The notes below the pieces were generated by a model. The model was given only the letters and a program-made list of their open reading frames with translations. It was not told the DNA's origin and did not search any database. Shown piece by piece: positions 24,030 to 36,298 of a DNA stretch of 64,000 bases. Source of the stretch: Carcharhinus longimanus (taxonomy: Eukaryota); assembly GCA_030264375.1 (NCBI GenBank), contig JASCQW010000043.1, forward strand, positions 79,534,090-79,598,089. The letters run 5' to 3'. The position numbers and the translations under genes are program-made. Each line of letters starts with the position of its first letter. Position 1 is the stretch's first letter.

Positions 24030-25440
24030 CTGTGCAACATTTGCATTTCAGGTACCATCTGGCCTATTAAACTTTCAATATCGTGGGCAGGAAGCATGGG
24101 AATGGAAGTGCAGGCTATTTATTATGGGAGTATGTAACGTGTTATAGTGTGAGAGCACAGAATGTACACTCAAAGGCCTGGAGCTTCCTCTGTAAGTCAG
24201 GCTGGGCAGAAGGCCTGCCTCAGAGATCTGTCGCTGTGATCAAAAATACTTAAAAAAACATAAAACATACCTCCAATTTTCACCCTTCACCTGTCCACAC
24301 ACTTGCCATACTCCATCATGCCATCTCATGCCCTGTACCACAATGCATAACACCTCATAACTTCTATGCTAACAAATGTCCCATACACTCCCCATGACCC
24401 CTCATACCCTTTATGCCCCTGTACCCACCCTCATATCCTGCATTCAACCCATTTCCCTGTACCCACACCCATGACCCTTTATAAACTCCATGCCACCTTA
24501 GTGTTAGCTCATGCTAACCAACACCCTCCCACCCACCATCCTTTTCCCTTACACTTACAATACAAACTCACCCAGTGTCACCAGGAACAGATGTCAGCAC
24601 CCATGCAGAGTTGAGGTAAAATCAAGTTTTATAAAATAAAGTCTGGGTGTCTACTGCAGACTTTGCTACATTAAAAAAAAAATTCCTTCAACTACACAAA
24701 GCCTTATATCACAGGCGTTTCATTCATGTACATAATCACTTATTACAATTGCTATTGGAATTCATAGTACCATTCAAAAAGTCTATAAAATGTGAAGATG
24801 TTAATCAAACAGTGAAGGGGCAGGCACCCTACTGTGATAATGGAGGGTTGTGAAATCAGTCATGGAGTAGTAATTCAGTAATGAAAGCCTTGGGCTTCTT
24901 TATGTCAACAGATGAGTGAAATAGCTAGCAGGTTTTTTTAAAATAAACACTACAGACTTATTTTCAATTATTTAAAGTTAGTGTTTAAATGCTTTGACAG
25001 CTCTCTTTGACAAGTGTTTTTAACAGTTCTTCATGACACTTTTGACAGCCCTTCTTGACAGCTCCTCTTGATAGTTTTGACATGTTTGTTGACAGTTCCA
25101 GTGTGTTTGACAGTTACTGGGTTTATACTCTTTTTAATGCACATTTATGTCTATTTTTAACAATTATATAAAGATCACATGACCTCCCCAAAATGTCTAG
25201 GGACCAGATCCCAACAGGTAGCTTGTCACTCCAAAAGAGCTAGCCAAAGAATTTCACAAAGTTCATGTTGCTCTTACCTGGTCTGCGGACTGGGTTTCAT
25301 ACTCACAGACTATCATCCTCCAACTTGAGTGGAAGCAACTAATGATTTCACAGTTGCCACCGTGAGTATGCGCAAAATCACTTTCTTTCCTGTCCCCATG
25401 GAGATCTGTAATGCTTTGCTTGGGGTTGGATCTTATCCTG
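24030..25440. mobile_element. Probable Harbinger-derived non-coding element with C/A-rich tract and TGACA(G) array
   Basis: Architecture resembles the other non-autonomous DNA elements here; ends not resolved. Confidence 0.4.
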
Positions 25441-26019
25441 TCACACAGCTATGTGGAATATTAAATTTGCCACGATGGAGAGAGAGCCTCTCAGCCACGG
25501 AATAAATCGGGAACAAAAAGCAACAATTCAAGCACCACAGTGCTTCAGATCATCTACTTTATTTATGATGGAATTCATAAAGGGGAATAGCCTTTTGTGA
25601 GTTATTTTCCTTACTGCAATATTTATTGTGCTTTGTTCAGAACTGCTTTGTTTTCAAAAGGAAGTTAATTTAATGCTTCACAATTTGTGAAATTTGCAGA
25701 ACAATTTTTGATTTCTTGTTACAGTACGTTTAGTTTTCAGTAACATGAAGTTAATAGCCAATTACTGTCTGTTAAATATTGGAAAGTACAAATTAATCAT
25801 TTACAGCAGAACAGNNNNNNNNNNNNNNNNNNNNNNNNNNNNNNNNNNNNNNNNNNNNNNNNNNNNNNNNNNNNNNNNNNNNNNNNNNNNNNNNNNNNNN
25901 NNNNNNNNNNNNNNACAGGTACAAGTGAAAACAGATGTGACATGAAAAACAATTTTTTCCATGCCAACTTCCATGAGAGCTCAGGGAGCCTCAGGGTATT
26001 TAGGTGGCATTCATCAATG

Positions 26020-26375
26020 GAAGTTTCGCTCCAAATTCCCCATGTCTCCTCATATCCGCCTTGAGCTCTCATATCCTTCATAGCGTCTCATATCCCCCCA
26101 TTCCCCCTTCATACTCCCATGTGTTCTTCATAACCCCATGTGTTCTCCATACCCTCGCACACTGTATCCATCACTGACAGAACTCATGAGCCCTGTTATA
26201 ACATTGGAGAGTCTTTTAGATACTCATGTAACTATCAAAATAAATAAATAAATAGCCATTCAAAAAAACACACTCCGATCAATTGCTCCTAAAATGGGAG
26301 GATATGAGATGCTATGAAGGATATGAGAGCTCAAGGCAGATATGAGGGGACATGGGGAATTTTGAGCGAAACTTC
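26020..26375. repeat. Inverted repeat, about 81-bp arms (26020-26100, 26295-26375)
   Basis: Arms are reverse complements with about 5 mismatches counted by eye. Confidence 0.9.
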
Positions 26376-26874
26376 GATTTCTGAACGCAAATCAAAGCTC
26401 ATAGTATCCTTAACATTAACAGCCCCATTATGAGCTGAATCATTAGTGACCTTGGTTCTCAGCCAAGCATTCATAATCGGATTCCGTTCCACAATTGAAC
26501 TTTTAAAAAATCAGCAGAGCTGAATACATTAAAATATTTTGAAGTAACCTGAACAGATGGTCATCGGTTACAATACTTAAAAGGCTGAATAGATAGCTGA
26601 ACAGATGGTTGGACACTGAGTTAATGTAAGGATTAAGTCATAGAATCCATATGATAGATTAAGATCTGAATCTCAATACTATTGAATCTTAATATCTAGT
26701 GGATAAAGCATTCTAATATATTTGAACACTTTTATAATGCTGGTAAATTTAATGGTCACTGACCTTTTAAGAAAACAGTCTTATTATCAATTACAATTAC
26801 TCTTATGCATTAAAATCATACTTCATTAATATGCAGCATCTAATTATATGAAATTGCCAACAAATTTTAAATTT

Positions 26875-27280
26875 AACTGTCTGAGCTTCAGTTATGAGGA
26901 TATATTGGAGAGGTTGGGACTCTTCTCCTTGGAGAGTAGAAAGCTAAGAGGAGATTGGATGGAGATGTTCAAAATTATGAGGGGCTGGACAAAAGGAAAT
27001 AGGAAGAAACTATTCGTGCTCATAAAATGACCAAGAACAAGAGGGCACATATATAAAGTGATTTGCAAATGAAACAAAAGTGATGGAGAAAAATCTTTTT
27101 CGCATAATGAGTGGTCCGGGTCTAGAATGCACTACTTGAAAGTGTGGTGGAGACAGGTTCAGTCAAGGGGTCATCAGATGATTATTTGAATAGACACAAT
27201 ATAATGATGCGCATTTGGAGAGCCAGTGCAAACATGATGGGGCCAAATGGCCTCCTTCTATACTGTAACAATTCTGTGAT
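26875..27280 (+). mobile_element. CR1 LINE 3' end
   Basis: FSYEDILERLGLFSLESRKLRGDWMEMFKIMRG plus tail gggccaaatggcctccttc. Confidence 0.88.
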
Positions 27281-27289
27281 AAAGGTTCC

Positions 27290-28090
27290 CAACTTCAAAA
27301 GACTGCTCTCCCATGTTCCACACATGCGCTGACCTTACCTGATTCACAAAATTTCAAGAAACTACCTGCTTCACTGAAAATTCTGATTTCCAGGAAATAC
27401 AAAACTGAGCTAGGCAGCAACATGGAAGTCACAATGTCCATTTTCATATGCATCAGCTTGCGACCTGCCATGTTTCATGTGCCACCAGAGATGGTGACAG
27501 GTGAGTGGAAATTTAGTGGTAGATCCTATGATTAAGGAGAAGGCAGCCGCTGATCCTGCTGGTTTTCCTCTTGCTGGTGATGTTGGTGCATGTGCGGAGT
27601 CAAAGTGACACCAGGCAGTCTATCCACCTCGTGTCCCTCATCAGACATGGAAGGGAAGGCTGCATTAGCTGCTGTCATTCCATGGTGAAGGCTGGAAACA
27701 GGGAAGTGCAGCTGACAGAGAGTGAAATGCTCTCCGAGAAGTTGGCAATTGATCACCTGTCAAGCAGTGATAGCCATCTGTCAGAGCAGAAGTGCTTTGA
27801 CCAGCAGCCTCTCACCTGGCCATTGCTAGAGTTCTCCAGTTTCACTGATCAAAGGCCTGTCAGTTTTACTAAAGAAGCTCTGCTTACTGTGCGCTTGCCT
27901 TGATGATCCCAGTAACTGGCTGTCAGATTCAGGTGCCTTGCCTGTTAAAGTCAGAATTGAGGTTAAAATAGCTGTTAAATACTTGGTGTAGCATTGAGAT
28001 GACTTATCCAATAAACGCGCGGAGGTTCCCCATTTGTACTCAAACCACCTCGGTGAAACTGATGGTATGATATTGGATTCCCAATCGTGG
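27290..28090 (-). mobile_element. Possible Harbinger terminal or transposase-leader remnant
   Basis: Repeated tgacag/ctgtca motifs and a Q/E-rich broken frame (HQHHQQEENQQDQR); weak. Confidence 0.3.
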
Positions 28091-28851
28091 GTCTCATTTC
28101 ATGTGTCTTTCAAAGCTGTCTCTCCCTGCCTGGAACTATTCCACTCTCAGTGTCAGGAGCACTGTTCAGGTACATCAATATATTTTTATTCATTCTAAGG
28201 AGGTCAGTGTTGAGGGTAAGCCTGGTGTTTGTTACCCATCCTAAATCGATTGGTTTTATTGACCCTTTCAGAGTGCAGTTAAGAAGTAACCATATGGACC
28301 AGACGAAATAAGGACTACAGCTTCCCTTTCTAGAAGAGCATGCATGCACCAGTTAAGTGTTTCAACAATTTTTATTGATGCTTACTTACATTTCCAGATT
28401 TTGAAACCAAAACATATTTTTAAATGTCATGGTAAGACTTGAACTTGCACTCTCTGGAGCGTTACAAGGCCTTTGGATAATTGGACTATTTCACGATTCA
28501 AATCAAATTTGGACCCTTAACAAATATTCTAAAAATATTCCAGCTGAGTGGACATTCTGCATCACTGCTGCTCCATTGCACTCCAACACATTGAACAGAT
28601 TTCAGCATTGAGTAATGTGGAGCATTCAAGAGCCCACAACGTCACTTGTAACATGCTCAAGATTTACGCTTAAAAGGTGGCCTACTCCTGTTCCTTTGTT
28701 AATAAATTTCATTACCAACCACCAATCCCTGTCACACAGCTTTGTGGAGTTTAAATTGATGTGGAGATGTTGGTGTAGGAGTGGGGTAAACACAGTAAGA
28801 AGCCTCACAACATCAGGTTAAAGCCCAAGAGGTTTATTTGGTAGCAAAATC

Positions 28852-28886
28852 CATGAGCTTTCAGAGCGCTGCTCCTTCATCAGGTG
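28852..28886 (-). ncRNA. Minimal type-I hammerhead ribozyme motif (stem I mismatch)
   Basis: cac-CUGAUGA-A-GGAGC-agc-GCUCU-GAAA-GCUC-aug. Confidence 0.6.
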
Positions 28887-29186
28887 AGTGGGAATTCAGT
28901 TCACAAACAGGGCATATAAAGACACAAATTCAATTTACAAAATAATGGTTGGAATGTGAGTCTTTACAGGTAATCNNNNNNNNNNNNNNNNNNNNNNNNN
29001 NNNNNNNNNNNNNNNNNNNNNNNNNNNNNNNNNNNNNNNNNNNNNNNNNNNNNNNNNNNNNNNNNNNNNNNNNNNNNNNNNNNNNNNNNNNNNNNNNNNN
29101 NNNNNNNNNNNNNNNNNNNNNNNNNNNNNNNNNNNNNNNNNNNNNNNNNNNNNNNNNNNNNNNNNNNNNNNNNNNNNNNNNNNNNA

Positions 29187-29405
29187 ATGAACACCGCTCG
29201 ACAATCACCAGGCAAGAGTGTTTTCTTCCTGTTGGGGAACACTTCAGCGGTCATGGGCATTCGGCTTCTGATCTTCGGGTAAGCATTCTCCAAGGCGGCC
29301 TTCATGACACTTGACAGCGCAGGGTCGCTGAGCAGAGACTGATAGCCAAGTTCCGTACACATGAGGACGGCCTCAACCGGGATCTTGGATTCATGTCACA
29401 TTATC
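29187..29405 (+). pseudogene. Penelope GIY-YIG endonuclease C-terminal remnant
   Basis: NEHRSTITRQECFLPVGEHFSGHGHSASDLRVSILQGGLHDT*QRRVAEQRLIAKFRTHEDGLNRD. Confidence 0.88.
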
Positions 29406-29618
29406 TGTTATCCCCACAACTTGCCCAGGCTTGCAAAATCTCACAAACTGTCCTGTTTGGAGACAATACACATCTCTTTAACTGTGCTTCACGCTCTCTC
29501 CACTCATATTGTCTGTATCTTTAAGACTTGATTACCTGTAAAGAGTCACATTCCAACCATTATTTTGTAAATTGAGTATGTGTCTTTAGATGTCCTATTT
29601 ATGAACAGAACTCCCACT

Positions 29619-29653
29619 TACCTGACGAAAGAGCAGCGCTCCGAAAGCTAGTG
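29619..29653 (+). ncRNA. Minimal type-I hammerhead ribozyme motif (one stem II mismatch)
   Basis: uac-CUGACGA-A-aGAGC-agc-GCUCc-GAAA-GCUA-gug. Confidence 0.6.
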
Positions 29654-30542
29654 GATTTTGCTACCAAATAAATCCGTTGGACTTTAACCTGGTGTTGTGA
29701 GACTTCTTACCGAGTTTAAACTGGCCACCCTTAGTAATGACAATGAAAGAAAGTGTTTTGACATGGCTGAAAAAATCCCCACATTGGAAACTATTGTTTT
29801 TCTTTGGCTCCCTAGATTGTGGTTAAGAAAAAAAAATCATGATAAAGAATCTCCAGTTTCTTTGAAAGCTTTTATGCAGTTTCAGCAAAAATTCTTCCTT
29901 GAACAAGCAACCTGGGAAAAAGTTTCTGTTTGCCATTTGGCTCCATAGGGTGGGAATCTTTTACACATTACTATTGTTCCAACCTGCAAGTGTTCAGTCA
30001 TTGCATTTATTTAATATTCTTTATTGTTGTAGAGTGAGATTTCCTGATATCCCCACATTGAGTTAGGAAGAATTATAATCACACTTTTATCTTTTGATTG
30101 TTGATCACATGTGGGCCTCTCAAACCTCACGTAATGCATGAGATCACACAAAATTTTCCAAATTAAGAAGACCATTCAGCCTATTTAAATACATCCATCC
30201 ATACGAACAGGCAAATATCCAAAATAGGCATGGAAGTACACCAATCGGCCCCTCAAGCGTGTGCTCTGTCCTTTGATAAGATTTGCTTGTGTTTCAAGTT
30301 CTTCACTCCCATCTACCATTTGATTCTCTTGCCTATCAAGAATCTGTCTAGCTCCGCCTTAAAAATAGAATAGTAATAAAAGTAATATAACTAGAGTAAC
30401 CTACTCTCTCCTCCATTGCTGCATTGAAAAGGAAAAAATGCAGGGTGGGGGAGGAGGGGGTGAGAAACATAGTGGTGGAGACTAGTAATATAGTTCTTTC
30501 AAAGAGCTAACACGGGTACAATGGACCAAATGGCCTTTTCCT

Positions 30543-30840
30543 ATAGAATCCTACAGTGCAGAAGGAAGCCATTCAGACCATCAAGTCTGCACCAACCACA
30601 ATCCCACCCAGGTCCTATGTCCTTAATCCCATGCATTCACTCTTGCGAGTCCCCCTGACACTAAGGAGCAAGTTAGCATAGCCAATCCACCTAATTCATG
30701 CATCTTTGGACTGCAGGAGGAAACTGGAGAACCCGGAGGAAACCCACACAGGGAGAATGTGCAAAGTCCCCACAGACAGTGACCCAAGCCAGGAATCAAA
30801 CCTGGGTCTCTGGTGAAGCAGCAGAGCTGGCCACTGTGCC
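30543..30840 (-). mobile_element. HE1-like V-SINE
   Basis: Reverse copy from tagaatcctacagtgcagaagg to gccactgtgcc. Confidence 0.88.
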
Positions 30841-30919
30841 TGTGGATGATTTCAGTGTCTTTACCTCTACATTTGCAGTTCAGGTATTGGTTACTCTTTG
30901 TTTGAAAGATTTTTCCCGA

Positions 30920-31277
30920 TATCTGCCCGTTGAAGTGGTGGAGGCTACCTCGCTAAATATATTTAAGACGCGGGTAGATAGGTTTTTGGTAGGCAAGGNN
31001 NNNNNNNNNNNNNNNNNNNNNNNNNNNNNNNNNNNNNNNNNNNNNNNNNNNNNNNNNNNNNNNNNNNNNNNNNNNNNNNNNNNNNNNNNNNNNNNNNNAT
31101 TTAAGACGCGGGTAGATAGGTTTTTGGTAGGCAAGGGGATTAAGGGTTATGGGGAGAAAGCAGGAAAGTGGAACTAAGCCACTTCAGATCAACCATGATC
31201 TTATTTCATGGCGGGGCAAGCTCAAAGGGCTAGATGGCCTACTCCTGCTCCTATTTCTTATGTTCTTATGTTCTTAT
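30920..31277 (+). mobile_element. Young CR1 3' end (spans a gap)
   Basis: LPVEVVEATSLNIFKTRVDRFL and tail nearly identical to 23551-23620. Confidence 0.88.
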
Positions 31278-32130
31278 CAGTCCTATTGCTCCCTTCCACT
31301 AAAAAAAATTGGCTTTTCCCTCAGAATTCACCCTTTCTTATTCAGCTCATGCTGCCACGTCTGGACTGCTCACCTTGATTTCAAAACCCCATCTACTTTG
31401 CCATCATGTGTAAATGTCACCACTTTACCTTTAGAATTTAAGTCATTGACGTTCATTAGAAACAGAAGTGGCCCCAACACAAAACCCTCTGTACATTCAC
31501 CCCATCCTGAAAGTATTAGCCTGCATTTGCTCTGAATCTGTACAGCTTTGAGATTAATTAATAGAATTTCAAACAGAATTTTATCGAATGCTTAAATGGG
31601 ATTTACTACAGTTGCTTAATTGTCATTATCTCAAAAAGAAATCAAGAGAGATAGAGTGGTCAGGCAGGACAAAATCATGTTAACTGCTTTCTGCTAGGCT
31701 TTTGCTGATAATACTCAAGTTTGTTCAAGAAAGTCCAAGGAATTGATGTGAAGCTAACCTAGTTACATCTGCTGTTGTGGCACATTTGCACTCTGCTGAC
31801 CAGTTTTCAATCAACTGGTATCTCCCCAGAGTCCATTGACATCCTCACAATAATAATCAGTGTCTACAATTTTCTCCTCAGTCTCTCTCAATAAGCTGGG
31901 AGGAATACTATCTAATCCTGGGGTTTTTTTTTTAGCAATTGTCTAAGACATTTTATTGAAGTCTTGAATTATACCTCTGTACTTTTTTTGAGTGTGTGTG
32001 AGTGTGTTGAGGTGCGGGGGTGGGGAGAACTTTTTGTTCACATCTCCAATTGAAATAATCATTCTGAATACTTACAACCTTGTATTCATTATTTCAATCT
32101 TATTTGCATCTGTTAATATTCTCACCTCCT

Positions 32131-32206
32131 CACTGACAGCTCAATGCCTTTGCTGTTGCAGTGAGATAGACTGTTCACTTGGTTTATTTTGTCTCTGCAG
32201 GTAAGT
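32131..32206 (+). other. Candidate splice element: recursive splice site or 39-nt micro-exon (32162-32200)
   Basis: cactgac...ttgcag|TGAG...ttcac-ttggtttattttgtctctgCAG|GTAAGT in non-repeat sequence. Confidence 0.4.
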
Positions 32207-32769
32207 TTTTTCCAGGTCTCTCTGCATTTGAAATTCTGAATACATATGCTTTTGTTTTAATCTGAGTATGGTAACAGACAGTGCATTTCATTTTTGAGTG
32301 GAACTAAATAGAAATGGCATTTATTGGGATCAGCATTCGGAAACTTGGACCATGGATTCTGCGTTTGGTGATCCAAGATTTTGATTCATCGTATCCAAAA
32401 GTCTGAATCTTAAGGGTATGAATCATATTAGGTGTTTATCTACTTTAGACAATAAATCCTGAATGCGGAGAGGTGNNNNNNNNNNNNNNNNNNNNNNNNN
32501 NNNNNNNNNNNNNNNNNNNNNNNNNNNNNNNNNNNNNNNNNNNNNNNNNNNNNNNNNNNNNNNNNNNNNNNNNNNCCGGCAGGCGGAGCGGGGCGCCGAG
32601 GCAACGGGGGTGGGGGGAGGTGGTGGGGTTTGCTGTCTCTAGATAGTGATATTTTCTGTAAGCTACCTAAGGGGTGAAAACCAGATATGTCATTTCAAAC
32701 CCAAGAAGGCCATTGACAAAGATGGAGGAAAGTTTGACATACTGTGGAATTTTGTTTAAGCTTCTGAAC

Positions 32770-33615
32770 CTGGAAAATGGCTGAAGTAGTCAGTGTCCAC
32801 ATGCAGTAAGAGCTGGACAACATTTAGACTTAGGCTGATAAGTGACAAGTAACATTTGTGCTACACAATTACTAGGCAATGGCCATCTTTGACAAGAGAG
32901 TTTTTAATCAGGTCCTCTTGACACTCTATGGTGTTACCATTGCGGAATTGCACACTGTCAACATCCTGCAGGTTACCATTGACCAAAAACTGAACTGGAC
33001 CAATCATATAAATACTATGGCCTCAAAAGCAGGTCAGAGCCTGGGAGTTCTGTGGTGAGTAACTCACTCCTGACTCCACCATCTACAAGGCACAAGTCAG
33101 AAGTGTGATGGAACACTCTCCATTTGTCTGGATGAGAGCAGCTTCAGAAATACTCAAAGATTAATACAGGACTAAGCACCTGCATGTTTAGCACCCTATC
33201 CACCAACTTAAACATTTACTTCCTGTACCATTGACACACAGTGGCAGCAGTCTGTATGAACTGCAAGATGCACAGCAGTAACTCACCAATGCTCCTTCAA
33301 CTGCACCTTCCAAACTCGTGACCTCCACATCGTAGAAGGACAAGGGCAGCAGACACATGGGAACACCATTAGCTGCAAGTTCCTATCCAAGTCACTCACC
33401 CTCCTGATTTGGAACTATATTGCCATTCCTCCACTGTCACTGGGTCCAAACCCTGGAGATCCTTCCCTAATAACATTATGGGTGTTCCTACACAACATGG
33501 ATTGCAGTGGTTGAAGAAGGCAGACCACCACCACCTTCTCAAGAGCAATTAGAGATTAGTAATAAATGCAGATCTAACCAGTGATGCCCACATTGCCTGA
33601 ATGAATACATTTTTA
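32770..33615 (+). mobile_element. L2-type LINE, 3' about 850 bp
   Basis: Decayed RT C-terminus (NILQVTIDQKLNWTNHI; IYKAQVRSVMEHSPFVW) and tail caccttctcaagagcaattag...tgaatgaat. Confidence 0.88.
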
Positions 33616-33899
33616 AAAAACTCAAGCATGCATCCTGACTGCAACATAAAATGTTACTTCAGTAAAATACAGAACATCCTTGGATACATCATTTGGGAAT
33701 TATCTTGTCTTTCTCACACTGTCACAAGGCAGCCTTCATACATTCAAGCATGGTTCCTCTCCCAACTTCCAATGAAACCTTCTAATGATGCCACACACCT
33801 CAGACAATATTGATCTAATTAATATTTCCACCAACAGTCATATGTATGTAATGTGTTCATATTCAATTTGCATTCCAATCTCAGGGTTCTTCAAACTGA

Positions 33900-35340
33900 A
33901 TCCTAGAATTGTTACAGTACAGGAGAAAGCCATTCAGCCTGTCATTTCCATGCCATCTTTCTGTAAGATCAACTCAGCCAGTCCCACTCCGCCACCCTTT
34001 TCCCATATCCTTGTATTTTTTTTCCCCTTCAAATAATTATCCAATTCCCTTTAGAAAGCTATGATTATATCCATCTCCACCATACCCTCAAGCAGAACAT
34101 TCCAGATGCTGATCCCTCGCTTTGTGAGAAACATTTTCTCTCATGTCACCCTTGGTTATTTTGCCATTCGCCTTAAATTGGCATTGTCTGGTTCTCTACC
34201 ATCTACCATTCGGAACAGTTTCTCGCCATCTACTCTTTCTGACCCCTTAACAACTTTTGCTAATCTCCTCTCAACCTTTTCTTCACTAAGTTGAATATCC
34301 CCAGCTTCTCCAATCTATCTTCATTACTGAAATCCCCCACCCTGTATCAATTCTGGTAAGTCCTTTCTATCTCATTCCTTCACATACTTCATAAACTGTC
34401 TTTTCCAGAATTGGAGTTGAGGTTAAACCAGGTATTTCGTAAATGCTTAGCTTAACCTTCCACCCTTTGTAAATTATGCCATTATTTCCAAAGCCTAGGA
34501 TCCCAAATATCTTATTAACTGCTTTCTCAATTTGCCTTGCTGGCTTCAACAATTTGTATATATACACCTCAGGTCCCTCCACTCCTGCATCCCCTTTAAA
34601 GTTGTATCCTAGGGAAGGCAAATGAAATATTGGCCTTTATTTTAAAGTGAATGAAGTATAAAAAAGGGGAGTCTTGCTGAAACTTTACAAGACACTAGTT
34701 AGACCACACCAGGAATACTATGAGCAATTTTGGTCCTCCTTATCCAAAGAAAGATTAACTGGCATTGGAGACAGTCCAGGGAAAGTTCACTAAGTTGATC
34801 TCTGATATGGAAGGATTTTCTTATGAATAGCTTGGGCCTGTACTCATTGGAGTGCCTCATCAATAAAATAAATTACATTAGTTTAACACAATTTTCCCTT
34901 AACCAATTTATGTTGATTTCCCTTAATTAACCCACAAATGACTGTAATTTTGTCCTGGATTATTATTTCTGAAAGCTTTCTAACACAGATGTTGAACTGA
35001 CTGGCCTATAGCTGCTGGGTCTATAGCTAAATCTTTTTTGGAACAGAAGTGTAACATTTAAAATTCATTAGTTCTCTGGCAACATCCTGTATCTAAGAAG
35101 GATTAGAAGATTATGGCTGGTATCATTGCAATTTCCACCCAAACCCTCAGTATCCTTGGACGCATCTAATTTGGTTCTAAGGATGTATTAGCTTTAAGTA
35201 TACCCAGCCTTTTCAATGCCTCTAATACCATCCAACACCACAGTTACCCCCTCTTTCAATAGGATTTTGGCAGCATCATCTTCCTTGATGATAAAGAGAG
35301 CTGCAAAGTGGTGATTTAGAACTTTGGCAATGTCCTCTGA
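33900..35340. mobile_element. Cluster of CR1 fragments in both orientations
   Basis: Minus 33900-34610 (EKAVNKIFGILGF), plus 34610-34860 (LLKLYKTLVRPH), minus 34860-35340 (RT N-terminal YRPVSSTS-like). Confidence 0.75.
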
Positions 35341-35664
35341 GTTTGGACGAAGGGTCATCTAAATGAAACATTGGCTCTATTCTCTCCACACAAATCCTGT
35401 CAGACCTGTTAAGATCGTGGCTGATCTGTTTGTGGCCTTAATTTTACTTTCCTGCTTGCGCTATATAATACTTGAATCCCTTGTGGATAGGAAAATTGTC
35501 TAACTCAGCCTTCAATATATTCAGTAACCCAGCCTCTCTTTGGGTAAGAGAATTCTAAAGATTAACTACCATCTGGGAGACTGTACAGTGGCCTCAGGCA
35601 ATGCTAGAGGAGGTGCTTTCTAATTAGCACCTCATGGTGCCTACACGTTGCAACACTGGCAACT

Positions 35665-36298
35665 TTCTGTTTTCCAGACCCTAGAATACCTGATGCTAAA
35701 ATGCCACCCCCACTACTTTCCACGGGAATTCACCTCCGTTATCCTGATGACAGTTTACATCACACTCTATGTGGACATGAAGATAGCGCTGGATGAAACA
35801 TACACCACTATGAATAGCCTTGAGATGAAACATCCCAAGGCCTTGTTCATCATGGCCGGGGACTTCAATCAGGCCAAGCTCAAGAGTGTACTACCAAGTT
35901 AACGTCATCACGTCCCCTGTTCCATCAGAGACCCGAACATCCTAGACCACTGCTACACAAATATCAAACATGCCTACAGCTCTATTGTCCGCCCACACTT
36001 GGGCAAAATTTGACCACAAGGCTGTTCTCCTGCTCCTGGCTTACAAGCAAAAACAGAAATGGGAGAATCTAACAAAGAGAATCGTGCAATGTTGGTCTGA
36101 GGAATTGAATGATCTCCTACAGGGCTGCTTGGAGTCCATGGATTGATCAGTGTATAAAAACTCTGCGACCAGCCTGAATGAGTACGCCACTACAGTAACT
36201 GACTTCATTAGTAAATGTGTAGAAGACTGTGTGCCAAAGACGCAAATCCGTGTGTTCCCCACTGGAAACCACGGAAGGACAGAGATATCCACTGCTTG
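35665..36298 (+). mobile_element. Rex1/Babar LINE endonuclease-region remnant
   Basis: LEYLMLKCHPHYFPREFTSVILMTVYI, FIMAGDFNQAKL, LDHCYTNIKHAY, NEYATTVTDFISKCVEDCVP. Confidence 0.9.

Larger units (their letters stand above)
28756..29711 (+). mobile_element. 5'-truncated Penelope-like element with inverted terminal repeats
   Basis: 28794-28975 is the reverse complement of about 29530-29711; GIY-YIG C-terminal coding remnant between them; 9-bp TSD gagtttaaa (28747-28755, 29712-29720). Confidence 0.9.

Noticed and set aside
30961-31136. Identical 38-bp direct repeat flanking a 100-N gap (similar case at about 9793 and 9910)
   Set aside because: Typical unmerged contig overlap, an assembly artefact rather than a biological duplication
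32576-32630. CpG-rich patch suggesting a CpG-island promoter
   Set aside because: Too short, abuts a gap, and resembles the GC-rich interiors of MITEs here
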